Shown piece by piece: positions 1 through 14,440 of a stretch of DNA of 64,000 bases; within the stretch, counting starts at the first letter, position 1; every line of letters begins with the position of its first letter. The DNA lies in assembly GCF_030684315.1 (NCBI RefSeq), contig NC_081373.1, positions 40,525,989 to 40,589,988 of the forward strand, in the 5' to 3' direction. Below the pieces are notes generated by a model, which was not told where the DNA came from, made no database searches, and worked only from the letters and a program-made list of their open reading frames with translations. This DNA is from Stegostoma tigrinum. Taxonomy: Eukaryota. Made by a program: the position numbers and the translations under genes.

Positions 1-745
1 GAATCTTATTCAGTAAATGAAGCAAATTCATAAACAGAAGGAAAAAACTGTTCCAAGTTTTCAGAAAATTGAGGATGAACATAAGTGCTAAACCTACATG
101 TCTTTATAGGCCCAGAAAAATACCACAACAATTAATGAAGCAATTGAATAGTGAACTGGAAGAGCTGAGAAGATTAGAAATCCTTTTCCCAGTCTTGCAG
201 CCAACAGCAGAGTACTGGCACAAAATCCCTGACAGTATTGTTCTTTTTTTTGTTGATCTCACAAAGAAGTCAGTAGCAAGAGAAATCTACAGCAGATGAA
301 AATTTAGCACAATTATCAAAATACAGAGTATTCACATAGCTTGATGCCAATATTGTTTTTGATTGGTCCCATTAAACAAACAAGCAAGGCAGCTAGCAAC
401 TTTAATAAATCTACTTGGAAGATTTTACTTCAATTGCTTACCATTTGGTATGGCATCAGCACCAGAAATCTTCCTAAGGACAATGTTCCCTTTACTTGAA
501 AGACTTAATGGACTAATGAACAGACCAATTCTAATTCATCAACAGGAAGAAAGCCTTGCATTTAATGATGTGTGACTTCTCCATGATGTCCATTCACTTT
601 TTGGGACACATTATCAAAAATAATGAACCACAAAAGACAATAACCATTACAGAATTTTCAACTCCAGAAGTGGTCCAGCATCTTCAAAGTTTTGTGGGGA
701 TAGCCAATCATTTTGCAAAGAGGTGGTTGATCTGGATAGACCACT
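1..745 (+). mobile_element. Ty3/Gypsy LTR retrotransposon pol (RT) relic
   Basis: Broken frames give PRKIP..L...EL, VDLTK..V.RE.Y, LDAN, GRF.FN.LPFG..SAPEIF.RTM, FLGHII, LQ.FVG..N..AK: Gypsy RT motif order, with frameshifts and the YxDD region missing. Confidence 0.8.
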
Positions 746-1789
746 GACTATCATTGGTAGGCAACTGTGGTCACAACACCAGCTATGTCTTGCATCTTTA
801 ACTTTTCCCAGTTCCGGTAAAACATCACGGTTTGGTTTACCTCTCTACGCAGATCTTGCCTAACCTGCTGAGCATTTTTCTAGCATTTTCTGTTTTTGTT
901 TCCGGATTTCAACATATGAAGCACTCTGCTTTCAACAGTAACAGTACTGAGTCAGTTTCCCTTATTACCGTGAAAACTTTGATTAATTCACCCCAACTTT
1001 CAAAATTCCAGGGAATACAACTCAAGTAGGAAACGCCTCCTGATAATTTAACAGTTGGAATCCAGAAATCATCCTGATAAACATATATTCCGCACACTCT
1101 GAGATATTCAGCCCTTATGACATTCCATAAATACAATGATGGGGTCTTTATCTGCAGGATATTTATGCCTGATGAGCTAGTAATTATGTTGATTCCAAGA
1201 ACATAAGAACTAGATGTGGACAATGTCGTACTGATGGGTTCAATTGGTGTTTACTACAGCTCCTGATATTTACATACAGTGCAAAACAGCCAACTTGATT
1301 GGCACCACATCCACCCACCATCGACGCTCAGTAGTAGCTAGTGTGTGCTAACTACAGGATGGACTGCAGAAATTGACACAGGGTTCTGAGTCAGCACCTT
1401 CCAAACCCACAACCACTTCCTTCTAGATGGACAAAGGCAGCAACTGGAGTCACCACCACCTGCCAGTTTCCCTCCAAACCACTCACCAACTTGACGTGGA
1501 AATATCTCACCATTCCTTCTGTGTCACTGGGTCAAAATCCACCCTAACAACACCATGGGTCTACCTACAGCAGCTAACTAGCAGCACCCATGTTCCACAA
1601 GTGAATGAAAAGAAAACCAGGCACAGCCATGTCTAGGATAATATGTAAACTGCTGCATGCTTCTCTCAGCATGTCACGCTGCAACTGCCTCCAATAAGAT
1701 CGAGACTGAGACCTGAATACAGTCCGGTCACGTGCTGTGATACAATGATGAAATCATGAGTATGTCTGTTCAAGGCATATTGCAAACTA

Positions 1790-3030
1790 ATATCTCATGA
1801 GATACAGCACAACACCCTCTTAGATCAGTATATCCACCCTAAGGTGTGGTGCACAATATCACTCCCAGTACTCCGGGTTTGCTCTAACTAGGACTTTGTA
1901 CAATATAAAATAACTTTGACTCCCTTGTGTTCAAATCCATGAGATATAAAAGTAAGAATTCCATTAACCATTTTAAAAACAATTTTCAACACATATTCAT
2001 GATATTTTTAACAATGTGTAGAACCCCTAAGTCTGTTTGGACCTCCATTGTTTTTAGATTTTCCATCCTTATGAAAATTCAAAGCGGATAACCTCACATT
2101 TGCCATTTTGACATTTATTTGCCGCAGTTTTACCCATTCAATTAATCTCTTAATATTTCTTTATAACTTTGTCCTTCTACTGATTACAATTTTTATGTCA
2201 TTGGCAAACTTAAATATATGGCTCATTATTCTGTTACTTAGCATTTTAATAAACCTAGTGAATACTGAGGCCCCATTATAAGTCCTCGTGGGAGACCACA
2301 CTCTCAGTTCGAGCACCTAAATATTATCTCTACTTTCTGTAATTAGCTACTCATTCAAGGCTCCTAAGCCAGCCAACAATTTGTCTTCTGTTCCATGAGT
2401 TTATCTCAAGGAAACAGTTTATTTTGCGGGATGTTATTCAATGCCTTTTGAAGTCCAAATGAATAATGACCATTGACATTCCACTGTAAACCATTTTATT
2501 TGCATCCACAAATATTCAGATTCATCAGACATAATTCACACTTTAAAAACCCACACTGGCTATCTCTCAGCAGCTAAAAAAATTCCAGGTGATTTATCAC
2601 ACTATCCTTAATTACAGACTATAATAATTTCACATCAACAGATGTTAAGCTAACTGATTGAAAATTCCCAGGGTTTCCACACTAAACTTTTCTCAAGTAA
2701 CGAATGATACCTGTAAGCTTTCAAACTGAAGGAATGTTTCCTAAATTAAATGCATGTTGGAAAATCATTGTTAGGACATTTGCAATGTTCTCATCTGCCT
2801 CACTTGAAACCCTGTGATGAAAATCATCTGGTCTTGGTGACATATCCCTCTTCAGTGTCATTAGTTTCTAGATTGTTCCATTATTCTGACACAAAATTTG
2901 ACAAGTCCCTGATTCTGGTACAATTGCTAGATTTCTTGGAAAGTTTAGTGTACTAGTCTCTCCCTCTACTGCAAAATACTTCTGCAAAGTAATAACTGAG
3001 CATATCCAGCACTTCTGAATTTTCATTTTT
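1790..3030 (-). mobile_element. CR1 LINE ORF2 (RT) relic
   Basis: Minus strand remnants of PGNYRPVSLTS (~2640-2680) and LDFQKAF (~2440-2460); heavily decayed. Confidence 0.65.
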
Positions 3031-3429
3031 GTTCATTGCTTATCATCTTAAAACCAATTACGTTGCTAACAGTTACTATGGGCAGAATCATATGGCCTGA
3101 ACAATGTGGGAAATGGTGAGACACTTGACAGAATCAGATGAGTTCTCATGAGGCCTATCCCAATGTTAAGAGCAACCTACTACATATTATAGCTCAACTC
3201 CAGATGTTTAAATGCGATTTTTGCCAGTCTGCAGTGAGTTACTTATTAAGGGGGATTATAGCTTGTTAGCAATCTAATCAAATGCCAATCCATGCTCATT
3301 AATATGCAGTTTCCCATTGTGCCAACTGAAGCAAGCAAACTGGATGCTGTGAATTCTTGACATGGAAGTCAGAATGGGTTCTTGGTAGCTTTAGCTACCC
3401 ATCACTGATTTTATAACCAACCATGCCCT

Positions 3430-4610
3430 CCTTGGTAAATAATGGTGCAAAGTGCTTATTAAGGACCTCACCCACTTGGTCTGGCTCCATGCATAAAATC
3501 CATCCTTTGTCCTTGAGTAGACCTACCGTCTCTCTTGCTTCTAATATACTTATAAAATGTCTTGGGATTTTCCTTCATCCTTCTTGCCAAAGACATTTCA
3601 TAGACTTTATCCCTTCTAATTCCTAATTTATGTTCTTTCTTGCTTCCTCTATATTCCTCAAGGGCTTGTCTGATTTCAGTTTCCTAAACTGTACACATTT
3701 CCTTTTTCTTTTTGACCAATATCTTACAATATCCCTTGTCATCTGTGGTTCCTGAATCTTGCCACCTCATCTTTCATCCGTGCAGGAACATACTGGCTTT
3801 GAACTGTGGTCATTTGGCATTCAAAAGACTTTCACATGCCAGATGTAGATTTACTCTCAAACAGCTCTCTAATTTCTCCTGTTCCTGCCTAATGCTACTG
3901 TAATTAGCCTTCCCCAATTTAGCACTATCACCCGATGACCAGTGTTCTTATCCAAAACTACCATAAAAAAACTTACTGAATTATGATCATCATTCCCAAA
4001 ATGCTCTCCTACTGGCACTCTGATCACATGGCCAGGCTTATTCCCTAATACAACATCTAATATGACCCCTTCCCTGTTGTACTACCTACATATTGTTTCA
4101 AGAAACCCTCCTGGACATTCCTAACAAATTCTGCTCCATTTAAGCCCTTGGAACTAAGCGACCCCCCAGTCAAAATTGGGAAAACTAAAACCACCCACTA
4201 CAAAATACTTGGTCTTTTTACTTTCTTCCATGGTCTGCTTACATACCTGTAACTCTATTCCCTGCTGGCTGTTGGAAAGTCTACAGTATAACAGCATCAT
4301 AGTGAATGCACCTTTCTTATTCCTGGGTTCTACCTTTATGACCTCTCTGGATGAGCTTTCAAGATGTCTTCACTTGGTGCAGCTATGGCATTATCTGCAA
4401 ATCAACTGTGCAACTCCCTCATCCCTTCTACATCCCTCTTTATTACACATGAAACATCTAAAACCTGGAATGTTGAGCTGCCAGTCCTTTTCCACTCTCA
4501 ACCAAGTTTCTGTAATGGCTACAATTTCAAAACCATGTACTAATCCAGGCTCTAAGCTTGTCTGCCTTTCCTGTTATACTCCTTGCATTGAAACAAATGC
4601 ACTTCAGACT
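3430..4610 (-). mobile_element. CR1 LINE ORF2 endonuclease/tether relic
   Basis: Minus strand VAITETWL-like (~4500-4525) and FNFDWG...FLE/QYV-like segments; decayed. Confidence 0.65.
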
Positions 4611-4754
4611 GCCAGTCCTACCGTGTTCATTAACTTGGACCTGCCTATTCTTCCAAATAAACTTGTTTGGCTTAACCTCGACATTCTCCTCAATCTTGTC
4701 CATGCTGACCTACAGCTTTGGTTCTCACACTCCTGCTATACTGCAGAAAGCTAC

Positions 4755-5478
4755 AACACAAAGGGATTTGGGAATTCTTGTCCATGAATCACAAAAAGCT
4801 AGCATTAAATTTCAGCGACATAGTCAACACAAATGGGGTGTTGGCCTTTATTTCAAAAGGAATGGAGTGTTAAAATTGGGAAAGTTTTCCTGGAACTATA
4901 CAAAGCACCAGCTAGCCCATAGCTGGAATACTGTGAACAATTTTAGCCCTCTTATCCAAGGAAAAAACAATGGCATTCAAAGCAGCCCAGAGAAGATTCA
5001 TGAGCTTAACATGAGGTATAGAGGGATTGTCTTTTAAGGAAAGGTTAAATAGATTGGGCCTGTACTCATTGGAATATAGAAGAATGACAGATAATCTTAT
5101 TGAAACATACAAGTGTCTTAGAGGACTTGTTGGGCTAAATTTGGAAAGTTGTTACACTTTACGGGAAAGTATAGGATCAGAAGGCATAATCTCAGAATAA
5201 GGGGTCTCACATTTAAGACATTGATGATAAGGATTTTACTTTTCTCTGAGAATCTGTTGAATTCTTTATTCAGTGGGCTGTGGCGGCTAGATCATTAAGT
5301 ATATTCATTCCTGAGAGAGACGCATTTTTGATCAGTAAGGGAATCAAGGATTTTGGGGGAAGACAAGAAAGTGGATTTGAGAATTATTAGATATGATCAG
5401 TGAGGTATGATCAGCAAGGCTGGTGGGACAGATTTGATGGGCTGAATGGCCCACGTCTACCTCTCTATCTTATATCCT
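4755..5478 (+). mobile_element. CR1 LINE 3' portion
   Basis: QRDLGILVHESQK, LGLYSLE.RR..LIETYK remnants and the typical 3' UTR ending. Confidence 0.75.
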
Positions 5479-7399
5479 TACCCAACAGTTCCAAGAGGAA
5501 GCCCTGCTTGTTCACAAACCCACCCAGGTACTACTCATTGTTGGTTCAAATAATTTATTTCCCCCAGGCGTAACCAATCAATTTCTGTTTGCCTGTGAAA
5601 ATTTTCTCCAATCCCAGTACGATGTATCTGACACTCTTACGAATGCACTTTTCCTCCGATGGTACATCATTTCTAAAAAGTGGAAATAGCTTGGTTGGGT
5701 GCAGTCTACTGTCACTATCAGACATGGGAGAGATTGAAAGAAAATGGCACATTTCATAATAACTATTAAACACTAACATAATGTCCCAGGCAGAGGTCCT
5801 ACAATTCCATGCTCCAAAACACTGCCAGTCAATTTGTCCCACATTTACTGTGTTTCTAAAGCTAGCCTTCAAACACAGTTTCAGCTCTGTTATTGCATTT
5901 CACACATACTGGTTTCTCAGGAGGGTAGTCATTGTAAGATGCAATGTAGCTGTACAGCTAGAGTTTCAAGCATGAAATAGTTGCAACAAAGTTGAAGCAC
6001 ATGATGCCACAGTCACGTTCGGCTTCACTGATACATATATACCCTTCACTCTTTTGCTGGCAAATTAAGGTAGCACAAAATTCAAAAGCTCTCTCAAGCC
6101 ATCAGTTCTGACTCCCTGATGAAACTACCCTGGATAATGAGAGAAAGTATAGCACAAATCAAATGAAGGTGAAGCTACAAATCTCCCTTAAACTCAGATT
6201 TATTCCTAAACTCAGGCATCATTTCCACAACAAGTGCTCTAATTTTTCAATATTTTTATGCTGAGACCAAGAACTTTCCTATAATTGCTCAGGAAAATTT
6301 TGCTCTTAGTTCTGTAAGTTGCATTTAATTATGGCTTTCACTATTCGTCCCTCTAATTCAGCATGTTATACTTCAAGCAACTGGGGTAGTTTGGATTTTA
6401 AAAAAATCTTCAAATCATTCCAGGAGATTACCAATATTTGATTCTGTATATCTTTAACATCATCAAAAATCAGTCTTGTATTGTCTGGGCAAACAAATAC
6501 ACAGCCTCACATAAACCTTTTGACTGATAATTTAATTCAGAGTTGCAGCTTTTGAATTCTAAATTAACAAAAAATTTAAAAATCTGAAATATATAAGTTA
6601 CCCAATCCCCATACCATTCCTCTCCCAGTACAACATTTAGTCTTCACTCATACTTTCCTTGGCAGATCAAAGCCCAGTTTTGGACAAAGAGAATCTGAAT
6701 GAAAAATTTATATTTTGAGGTAAAAATGCTCTAATTATCTAATTTAACTATTTCCAATGAAGATCAGGTTGATTCTACTCATTTTTTTTTCAAATGTCAA
6801 CTATATGTAGTTACATATGAAGCCAGACATAAAGGACTTACACCTGGCAAAGACTGTGCAATCAACTTTCAACAGAAGTACTAAATCGATAATCCTGAGG
6901 TTCCCAGTATCCTAGATATCAATCTTTAGCCACTTGGATTCACTGAAAATGATATCAAGACCCAAACGAAGGCTCGGGATAATGCAAGGACTCCGTGCTC
7001 TGGTAACATCCTAGCAATACTTCTGGAGACTTAGTAGCGATAAGCTGCATTCATAGCCAAGCTGAGAGTAACTCAAAATCAATAGGGGGAAAGGGCTATC
7101 CATCACCTTGTCCACCAGCACCAGACAGTGTCTGTCTTAGAAGCAAGGAGTTTGGTTGCCTTTCCTCTGCAACATCTTTAAACTTAAGATCAAGCACCTC
7201 CTGGTTTTCAGTGCATGAAGTGATAGGCAGCTGGATTTTAAATGTGGTGTCAGAGGTATCTAAGTCAGAGGTCTTACCAGTGGTGAGGACTTCCACCTCT
7301 GGGCATGTTACTCTGAGAAATACGCCCAACAACTTGGTTGTATAGATCAAGATATAAACAGAAGATTGCACATGAAAATGAATCCTGGGCCATGGCAGA

Positions 7400-8340
7400 C
7401 TAGACTCCTTGAATGCACTGTCTACCATCCTTACTGGAAATGGAGAAATCCAGCCCTTTCTCATCAACATAGCAATGGTTAATAGGGTGCTTAATATTGT
7501 TCATGCCGTTTCTCAAATCTCTGCTCTGTGGTCACCCTTCCAGAACCATAATAAGGCACGTATTGTCCTCAACTTTCATCCCACCAGCCTCCTCACTCAA
7601 CAGATCAGCTTCCACCAGCTTCAAAGTGACATCAGCACTTAACATGTCTTCACCTAATCAGCAGAGTCTGAACCATGCTTTCCAGATGAAATAGTGTTTT
7701 GCTTACACTTCTTTCAATATATTATACTGTAATTACTGCTTACATTGTGGCTTTCTCTTCTTGGGGAAACCAGTTGCAGAATAGGTGACTGTCTTGCAGA
7801 ACATCTGCATTCAGACCGCAAGCAAAACCCTGAATTAGGTCACTTGTCATTTTAATTCCCCTCCCACTCTCATTCTGACATCAATATCTTCAGTTGTGCC
7901 AGTGAAGAACACCACCTCAGTTTTTAACTAGGCAATTTACAGCCTGCTGGGTTCAACATTGAATTGAAGAATTACACGCTGTAATCTCTAGTCCCATTTT
8001 GTTTCACAATTTCCTGCTTATTGAGCTTCTTTTTTTCCTCCTCTTTGGATGTCAGCTGTTCATGACCTTACCATTCACACCTCCTCCAGACAGATCATTT
8101 GCTTCTTTATAAGAATCAATTACAATCTCCCTTTGCCTTGTACCAATCCTTTGTCATTTGATTGCTTCTGCCGTCCACCCCCACCCCAAAGGTTTCACTA
8201 TTATTTTCTTCATCTAAAGCAAGCCCATCTTTTCATAATTACTTGGTTAAAACTTGTTATGCTTCTAATGTTTATCAGTTCTGATAGACATTCAATCCCC
8301 TGATAAATTAACTCACTTTATGTTTCCACAGATGCTGCTG
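7400..8340 (+). mobile_element. Old, degenerate Penelope-like element (endonuclease region and terminal repeat)
   Basis: 7735-7825 resembles C..CG.LYIGET..R.GD..AEHL of the young PLE; ends in a decayed cagttctga...cacagatgctgc repeat. Confidence 0.65.
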
Positions 8341-9229
8341 TCAATAGAAACTTTAATTAAGACCAGGCTGCTGTACCACCAGCTTCATAATAACTAAGCA
8401 ACATCAGTGCTAAGATAGAAAGGAGAATCAGTATAACAAATATCTTCATTCAGACCATCAGAAGTAGACAGAGGAATTTCATCAGTTTACTTCGGCTTTC
8501 AAAAAATCTTCGACAAGATTGTGTCCAAGATCAAGTTCTTAATAAGACTAAAATCCACGGATGATGAAGTGCAGTTGGTTAAGAAGCTATACATGAAAAA
8601 TAAGGGAAGAGAACATTCATGAGATGCATTATGTCGGACTATAGAGAAGCTGAGTGCAATGTATTTCTTATTTTCGTGCATGACGTCAAAAAGTAAGTGA
8701 AACTGAAGCAGAGACTGTAGAAAGGTTAGAGGATGCAACTGATACTTTTCAGAAAGATTCAAACCTGTTACAAGTGTGAAGCCAAATGGAGAATAAAAAA
8801 AATTATCAGAAAATTCACAAAATATTAACCCAATGGGGAGAAATGAGTGATGCAGATATACAATGTTGTTAAGACAATCACTTCCTCATGTATTTAGAAG
8901 AAATTTAGAAAAAAATGAAGAAAATAATTTCAATATTAAGGGAATACAAAGTATCTATTAAATAAATAAATTCTATTTTGGTATAAATAGCTGTACAGTG
9001 CAATATGAATCTACAGATTTATAGTATGAGCTGGCAATGCACTGATCAGTTATGAAGATTCTACCAATAACATGAGCAATAATCCTTAGTTAAAACAGAT
9101 AGTCACAATAGATGTCACACAGCCTCCTCTCCTCCATCCCTTAAGCTCTACCATGCCAATTTTTTAAAGATTATATGTTTCAACTGGGTATTAATTCAAG
9201 CTTCCATAAGGAGACACAGATTAGAATTG

Positions 9230-9411
9230 TTTCGGAGATAGTAGGAACTGCAGATGCTGGATAATCTGAGACAACAAGGTGTAGAGCTGGACGAGCACAG
9301 CAGGCCAAGCAGCATCAGAGGAAGAAGGATCTAGGCCCGAAACATCAGCTTTCCTGCTCCTCTGATGCTGCTTGGCCTGCTGTGCTCGTCCAGCTCTACA
9401 CCTTGTTATCG
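9230..9411. mobile_element. Palindromic PLE-terminal mini-element
   Basis: Perfect 50-bp inverted repeat 9273-9322 / 9358-9407; TSD cagattagaattg at 9217-9229 and 9412-9424. Confidence 0.85.
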
Positions 9412-11006
9412 CAGATTAGAATTGCGGCCATTTGTTTAGAAAGTGTGTTCTTGTAATCTCTAATTCTATGAATAAAAACAGAAATGAGTAGAAATTTGGT
9501 CCAGGATGATGCTTTATTAATTGACTTTCTGGAACAGAGCATGGTGGTATAGAATTATTGCCTAAAAGGTGAAGTTTGGAAGCTAAGAAAAAGAAAAGGT
9601 AGACAGAAAACTGCAATCCTAACTAATGGCAAAAAAGTAAGTGTAAATTGACAGGACACTAATAACCTCTAATGTTTATAAAGTCTGAATTTTGTAATCA
9701 ATGGAATAATGTTGTGGATATGTGAACTTGTTAGATTTCTACTAAAGAGGAACAAAGATATGACTTTGCTATTGACACTTGCCACCATGTGAAGCCGGCA
9801 ATATTTTATGAGTTGGATGCTGATAGGGAATTGAATTTTCTTTTAAAGCTTTTGGATTAAATTTGCAGGTAAGATGATCTGTTCAATGCCTACGGAAACA
9901 TGACCAGACTTCGATAGATATCTGAAAACAGATGGTCATTCCATGGAAAACTGTATCATAGCTTTTAACAGATTGTAGACAAGACTGATGGAATTTGATT
10001 TGGGTCCCTGGCTCAGTACCAGCATTTAAATTGTGACATTGTGTTAAGGCAGCTTCAATGAGCAAGCTCCCAGTTCAGTTGCCAGAGAAGGAGACCTAAT
10101 TGAATCAGTTGTCTTCTGCCTTGAAAGAATTTCTGAGGAAACAGCCATTACTTTCGGTCTTCATGGAATAAATTGGATGTCTTACGGTGGCACAAATAAT
10201 AGACAACTCAACAATTGCAAATTTCTAGGCCGTCCAAATAGTGTACTCCAAATTCAATATCATGAAAAGAATAAAGGCGAGAGTATCTTCTACAGATTTG
10301 GTTATTTCAGCCACGGACAGAATTGGTATCTAATAATATACAAATGAATCATAGTTCTGGCTGTTGGGGCAAAGTACACAATAGCTAGTCAAGGAAAGGT
10401 GATGCAAGGCAGGGATGCTGTGAACATCCAGCTAGGCCTGGAATGAGTGAGCACTTAGACAAGAGCAAAGAGACTGAAGATGCAGTCTTGGCCACTCCAT
10501 GAGCTAGGCGCATGTCCCCTGAGTGCAGTGTCCTTGCTGCAGCATTACAGTCATAGTGAGTGCAGCCCAAGTGCAGAAGAATTCTGTAAGTAGATAACAG
10601 ATGTGCCATGAGAGTACTTCATGTTTGCACTTTAGATGCTAATGTTGTCAACGTGAGATGTGTGTGACCAGTGCCAATGGAGCATGTCTGAGATACTCTC
10701 ATGTCGTGTCAAATATAGTGGTCCTTCAGAACAAGCAGCAAGCTGAATTTGCCAGGTACCTGTTCTGATTTCCAACTCATGTTTTCTTCTTGCTTGTTTG
10801 GTGTATTATGTAAAATAGAAAGCTGAATATTAATGAGATGAGTTGTGCCAACAATAGGGCATTTAACAAGCAATAATCCTCCTTAATAAGCATCTCACTG
10901 TTGCCTGGTCGGAAAGTTTTCACGCCACTTGTCAAAAATATAAAGATGCAGTGAGATACTTGGCAGATCTCTCATTCAAATCTGCTGTTATTAGACCATG
11001 TTGCTG

Positions 11007-11575
11007 AGAACATAGAATACAGAACAGAACAATTAGCACGGGAACAGGCCCTTTCACCCACCATGTCTATGCTAATCATGATACCATTCTAAATTAATCC
11101 ATCCGCTTGTACACCATCTATATCCCCCTATTCCCTCCCTGGTTACGTGTCTGTCTAAATGCCCCTTAAATATTGCTTTCATATCTGCTTCTACAATTTC
11201 CCCTAGCAGTGTGTTGCAGGCACTTACCACGCTCTGTGTAAAACATTTGCCTTGCACATCTCATCCCACTCTCACGTAAAACTATGCCCCCTCATATTCG
11301 ACAATTCCATTCTTGGAAAAAGACTCTGATTATCCACCATATTCATGCCTCCCATAATTTCATATATATCTATCAGGTCGCCCCTCAGCCTCCAATGCTC
11401 CAGTGAAAACTACCCAAGTTTGCCCATTCTCTCCTTACAGCGCAGGCAACATCCTGGTAAACCTCTTTGCCAATCTTTCCAAAGTCCACCCATCCTTCCT
11501 ACAATGTGGCAACCAGAACCGCATACAATACTCCCAATGTTGCCTAAATATTGTTTTATACAGCTGCAGTTGAAA
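11007..11575 (-). mobile_element. CR1 LINE 3' end
   Basis: LYKT..R.H.EYC..FW.PH.RKD...LER..KRFTRMLP.L; gaacatagaa-type tail. Confidence 0.8.
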
Positions 11576-12840
11576 AGTTAACTCTGTCTTCTCCCAACAT
11601 TTGCTTCCAGACGAGCTGAGTTTCTCCAACACTTTCTGTTTTTAAATTAAGATCTCCAGCATCTGTAGTTCTTTATTTTGTTGTAACTTTATTTAGACAG
11701 TGTCACACCCTACTTGTTTATACTGGGTCATCACAGAAAGTTTCTGTCCTCACTGTTGTGGTGGCAATAAATAAACAACTATGTTTGTCACAAATGCAAT
11801 GGGATTCATACAATGGGCACACTGAAGAGAGTGCATCCATTGCATGTAATGTAAGGAACCAGTTATTGTGAGCTACCATTCTCTGTGCAAATGCTATGGA
11901 TGAGAAAAGGTTATGAATTTCATCATGCTGACTTGAAACAATGTTGAAGGAAAGGAAATTTCTAAAATTTAATTTATTTAACTTGACATTTTTGTTGCAT
12001 ATTTTCACTCCATATTTTTATTTGAAGTGAAAGAAGGAAGTCTATTAACTGTACACGAATTGTGTTTACTTTAATGCAAGTAGTAAGTTTTCAAAATAAG
12101 ATTAATTGATCTCATACAAACATACAGACTCAAACAGCGGTTTTTGTTTCAGAAGGTATACATCAGAAATGCGTAACTCTGTAAAATGATATAAAGGTTC
12201 ACCATCGTCACTGTCTACCATAAGATGTTCACAGTATTCCATTTCCTCACACTTGCATGAGACATCATGGACAGACAAAACATGCCTGACTTTCCACAGA
12301 TTGGCAGTTTTTATTAGTGATTCTAACCTACAACAGTATGTTAATACTGTCGTACCTTGACAATTGTTGAGCCCTTATCCACACATGGGATGTGACAACA
12401 TATCATTACCTCAGCTGGACAGTTTAAATCCAGCTCCAAATTAATATCTATCTCAATGCATACAACATCGTAAGATTCACAAGCAGAAATAGGCAATTCA
12501 GCCCCTTGAACCTGGTAAACCATTTGATACAATCATAGCTGATCTTGTCTCAATAAAAGGGGCTCAGCTGCATAACACAGTGGCCATGTGACTGGTTCCC
12601 GCTAACTGATAATGAAAACTAAATTCTTGATTTTTTAAGCATTCGCAAGGATTTAATATCGCACCTGTTAGCCATTACTTTGCTGCTTTATAAATCTGAG
12701 TACATTCAACAGCTGTACGCAAAATGGAAATTATTCTACACTTTTAAACACCTACCATGAATATCACTCATCCAGAATAACTAGAGTTATACCTCTTGCA
12801 AGATAACTAAGATACCCAACCAAACACATACAGACAAATT

Positions 12841-14416
12841 GTTAGAGAGACGAGGGGTGGGGCTAGGGAATGGAGGTGCAATGGTGATAGGTGGGTGCAG
12901 TGGTAGGAATTGGTCAGTGAGGTGGGAGGAGCGGATAGGTGGGAGAGAAGATGGACAAGTTGTGTCAGGTCAGGGAGGAGGGGATGAGAAGGAGGCTTCT
13001 TCATTGGATGAGGCCAGGGTAGGGAGATTATGAGATAGTACGAACTGCAGATGTTGGAGAATCTGAGATAACAAGGTGTCGAGCTGGATGAACACAGGAG
13101 GCCAATCAGCATCAAAGGAGCAGGAAGGCTGATGTTTCGGGTCGAGACCCTTCTTCAGAAATGGGGGAGTGGAAGGGGTTTCTGAAATAAATAGGGGGAG
13201 AAGGGGAGGTGGATAGAAGATGGATAGAGGCGAAGGTAGGTGGAGAGGAGACAGACCGGTCAAAGAGGCAGGGATGGAGCCAGTAAAGGTGAGTGTAGGT
13301 GGGGAGTTAGGGAGGACGGACAGGTCAAGGGGGCGGGATGAAGGGTGGGGGTGGGGATTGAGGTGGGAGGAGGGGATAGGTGAGAGGAAGAACAGGTTAG
13401 GGAGGCGGAGATGAGCTGGGCTGGTTTTGGGAAGCGTTAGGGGGAGGAGAGATTTTGAAGTTTGTGAAGTCCAAATTGATGCCATTGGGCTGCAGGGTTC
13501 CCAAGTGGAATATGAGGTGCTGTTCCTGCAACCTTCGGGTAGCATTGTTGTGGCACGGCAGGAGGCCCAGGATGGACATGTCGTCTGAGGAATGGGAGGG
13601 GGAGTTGAAATGGTTTGCGACTGGGAGGTGCAGTTGTTTAGTGCGAACCGAGCGTGGGTGTTCTGCAAAGCAGTCCCCAAGCCTCCACTTAGTTTCCCCG
13701 ATATAGAAGAGACCACAACGGGAACAGCGGATGCAGTATACCACATTAGCAGATGTGCAGGTGAACATCTGCTTGATGTAGGAAGTCTTCTTGGGGCCTG
13801 AGATGGGGGTGAGGGGGGATGTGTGGGGACAGGTGTATCACTTATTGCGCTTGCAGGGAAAAGTGCTGGGTAAGGTGGGGCTGGAAGGGAGTGTGGACTG
13901 GATAAGGGAGTCACGGAGAGAGTGGTCCCTCCGGAAAGATGTGGGGAGGGAAAAATGTCTTTGGTTGTGGGGTCGAATTGCAGATGGCGGAAGTGTCGGA
14001 GGACGATGTGTTGGATCCGGAGGTTGGTAGGTTGGTACTTGAGGATGAAGGAGATTCTGTTTTGGTTGTTATTGAAACTGGGCAAGTGCGCATGACCAGG
14101 ACATCCATGGCCAATCCCCGCCTCCTTGGCCTGACGCAAGCTGTCCATCTTCTTTTCCACCTATCTGTTCCTCCCACCTTACTGACCACTCCCCACCACT
14201 CCCTACTTGCAATCACCTATCAGCATTCTACCTACCTTTCCCAGCCCCACCCCTCCTCTCTATTTCTGAGGCCCCTTCCCCCTCCCTCATTTCTGAAGAA
14301 GGGTCCCGACCCAAAACGTTATCTTTCCTGCTCCTCTGATGCTGCCTGGCCTGCTGTGCTCCTCCAGCTCCACACAGTGTTATCTCTGACTCCAGTATCG
14401 GCAGTTCTTACTATCT
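12841..14416. mobile_element. Composite/nested Penelope-like insertion: inverted 3' regions of an older subfamily enclosing a minus-strand truncated PLE (about 13031-14075)
   Basis: TSD cagacaaatt at 12831-12840 and 14417-14426; GIY-YIG frame 13397-13768 (VVYCIRCSRCGLFYIGET); 12845-12990 is a diverged inverted copy of ~14120-14260. Confidence 0.75.
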
Positions 14417-14440
14417 CAGACAAATTATAAAATGATCTGC

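Noticed and set aside
2660-2680. PWE-coding string suggesting the final DNTT exon
   Set aside because: Context is the CR1 PGNYRPVSLTS motif
4176-4787. 203-aa plus-strand ORF
   Set aside because: Antisense to a decayed CR1 endonuclease region; no domain evident
5555-5672. Possible alternative last DNTT exon after a ctttttag acceptor
   Set aside because: In the required phase 0 it reads K-stop, and the open frame has no similarity to the TdT C-terminus
12970-14160. 396-aa minus-strand ORF
   Set aside because: Chimeric read-through of nested, frameshifted PLE pieces; mostly off-frame Pro/Ser-rich translation
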